DNA of 64,000 bases. Source: an uncultured Actinomycetes bacterium. GTDB taxonomy: Bacteria; Actinomycetota; Thermoleophilia; Solirubrobacterales; 70-9. Numbering within the stretch: the first letter of the stretch is position 1; each line of letters begins with the position of its first letter. The notes beneath the pieces were generated by a model. It was not told the DNA's origin, ran no database searches, and worked only from the letters and a program-made list of their open reading frames with translations. The position numbers were made by a program, and so were the translations under genes. Below, piece by piece: positions 62,283 through 64,000 of this stretch. The stretch lies in contig CAVWCG010000003.1 in the NCBI GenBank assembly GCA_963753445.1, forward strand, positions 100,592 to 164,591. The letters are read 5' to 3'.

Positions 62283-64000
62283 ATGGCTGCAGCGTTCAAA
62301 CGACCCGGCTGGTATCGCGCCCTCCTCGGCACCCTCGTGGCCGCGGGCCTCGGCGTCGGCCTCGTGGTCGTCCTGCGCGGCATCTCGGGCCTCTCCGCCT
62401 TCCAGAGCGAACAGACCGGCTACCCGCAGGTCGTCGTGCCGCTGATCATGGCCCCGTTCGGCTTCCTGATCGGCCTCGGCGCCTTCGACTACTGGCTGCG
62501 CTGGGCCTTCGGCCTGCCGACCATCCCCGAGGACCACGCATCGCACGGCGCGCACAGCTGGAAGGACTACTTCAAGGTCAACACCGATCACAAGGTGATC
62601 GGCATCCAGTACATCGTCACCACGTTCTTCTTCTTCTTCGTGGGTGGGGCGATGGCGATGCTGATCCGCGCCGAGCTCGCCCAGCCGGGCACCCAGATCG
62701 TCGGCGCCGGCACCTACAACAGCCTCTTCTCCACCCACGCGGTGCTGATGATCTTCGTCTTCGTGATCCCGGTCTTCGCCGGGATCGCCAACTACGTCCT
62801 GCCGCTGATGATCGGCGCCCCGGACATGGCCTTCCCGCGCCTCAACGCGCTCAGCTTCTGGCTGCTGCCGATGGCCGGCCTGCTCTTCATCGGCTCCTTC
62901 CTCGCCCCGGGCGGCGCCTTCGACGCCGGCTGGACGGGCTACGCCCCGCTCTCGACCGGGGCGCCCCTGGGCCAGTCCTTCTTCAACCTCGGGGTCCAGT
63001 TCGCGGGCGCCTCGTCGATCGCCACGGCGTTGAACTTCCTGGTCACGATCATCACCATGCGGGCGCCGGGGATGACCTTCTGGCGGATGCCGCTGCTGGT
63101 CTGGGCGAACCTCTCGACCTCGCTGCTGGTCGTCGCCGCGACGCCGTTCATCGCGGGCGCCCAGTTCATGGTCCTCTTCGACCGCATCCTGCACACGAAC
63201 TTCTTCCAGTTCGGCTCGGGCGGCGACGTGATCAGCTACCAGCACATCTTCTGGTTCTACTCGCATCCGGCCGTCTACATCATGATCCTGCCGGGGTTCG
63301 GGATCATCTCCGAGGTCATATCCACGCACGCCCGTAAACCCATCTTCGGTTACCGATTGATGGCGCTGGCGTTGATCGGGATCGTCGTCCTCAGCTACTC
63401 GGTCTGGGCCCACCACATGTTCGTCGCGGGCATGTTCAGCTGGCTGCGCGTGCCGATGATGCTGACCACGCTGCTGATCGCGGTGCCGACCGGGATCAAG
63501 ATCTTCTCCTGGCTGGGGACGCTCTATTTCGGCAAGATCCACACTAAATCGACGGCGATGCTGTTCGCGCTCGCCTTCATCGTGACCTTCACGATCGGCG
63601 GGATATCCGGGGTCATGCTCGGCATGGTGCCGTTCGACATCCACGTCTCCGACACCTACTTCATCGTCGCCCACATCCACTTCGTGCTGTTCGGGGGCTC
63701 CGTCTTCACGATCTTCGCCGGGATCTACCACTGGTTCCCGAAGATGACCGGGCGGATGTACGACGAGAAACTCGGCCGCATCCACTTCTGGGGCTCCCTG
63801 ATCGGCACCTGGGGCACCTTCATCCCGATGCACTGGGTGGGGATGGACGGGATGCCGCGACGGGTCGCCGACTACGCGAGCCAGTTCGGCAACTGGAACC
63901 TGCTGATCAGCTGCTTCGCCTTCATGCTCGGCGCGATCCAGCTCGTCTTCCTCTACAACATGATCGTCTCCTGGCGGTTCGGCCCGAAAGCCGAGGCCAA
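62283..64000 (+). CDS. ctaD: cytochrome c oxidase subunit I, 3' end beyond window
   Basis: Absent from the ORF track because there is no stop in the window. My translation from ATG 62283 reads MAAAFKRPGWY...NTDHKVIGIQYIVTTFFFFFVGGAMAMLIRAEL...HPAVYIMILPGFGIISE...WAHHMF...HIHFVLFGGS, open to position 64000. Confidence 0.93.
   Translation, partial: MAAAFKRPGWYRALLGTLVAAGLGVGLVVVLRGISGLSAFQSEQTGYPQVVVPLIMAPFGFLIGLGAFDYWLRWAFGLPTIPEDHASHGAHSWKDYFKVNTDHKVIGIQYIVTTFFFFFVGGAMAMLIRAELAQPGTQIVGAGTYNSLFSTHAVLMIFVFVIPVFAGIANYVLPLMIGAPDMAFPRLNALSFWLLPMAGLLFIGSFLAPGGAFDAGWTGYAPLSTGAPLGQSFFNLGVQFAGASSIATALNFLVTIITMRAPGMTFWRMPLLVWANLSTSLLVVAATPFIAGAQFMVLFDRILHTNFFQFGSGGDVISYQHIFWFYSHPAVYIMILPGFGIISEVISTHARKPIFGYRLMALALIGIVVLSYSVWAHHMFVAGMFSWLRVPMMLTTLLIAVPTGIKIFSWLGTLYFGKIHTKSTAMLFALAFIVTFTIGGISGVMLGMVPFDIHVSDTYFIVAHIHFVLFGGSVFTIFAGIYHWFPKMTGRMYDEKLGRIHFWGSLIGTWGTFIPMHWVGMDGMPRRVADYASQFGNWNLLISCFAFMLGAIQLVFLYNMIVSWRFGPKAEA

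Overview
High-GC (about 70%) chromosomal segment with Actinomycetota-like gene content and order: suf, rplM-rpsI-glmM-glmS, alr, infA, ctaCD. I support about 70 protein genes. I found no rRNA, tRNA, CRISPR array, transposase or integrase.

Main gene blocks:
- a suf Fe-S operon split in two, with an Rrf2 regulator
- a NarL-type two-component pair, then htpX
- a CysO-thiocarboxylate cysteine pathway (rhodanese-ThiF enzyme, CysO, CysM, JAMM protease Mec), interrupted by an opposite-strand amino-acid ABC transporter
- hyuAB, nadB, and a secreted S1 protease
- rph-rdgB
- a translationally coupled Roadblock / small ORF / tldD / pmbA unit
- hup-pyrF
- LysM-dac-pfkB-guaB3-guaA, then lgt
- a metal ABC transporter with a Zur-like regulator
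- nnr, a CBS-pair gene, alr, cca, infA
- a six-hairpin glycosidase and two glycosyltransferases

This is mostly housekeeping DNA. The most unusual signals lie outside the genes:
1. A structured 80-120 nt repeat family (5 copies). Each copy starts directly after the stop codon of a same-strand gene, and the helices covary between copies.
2. A second hairpin family (2 copies).
3. A cluster of inverted 30-bp repeats that is read through by a gene tail.
4. A 24-nt motif shared by the two cysteine-pathway promoters.
5. An inverted-repeat motif shared by the two suf units.

Separately, at least 11 single-nucleotide frame breaks hit conserved genes, including guaA and lgt. This points to assembly indel errors or to gene decay. 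nadB and pyrF keep their essential N-termini only if they start at ATA and CTG, placed in the usual 4-nt stop/start overlap.

All family names come from reading the sequence and from memory; no searches were run.
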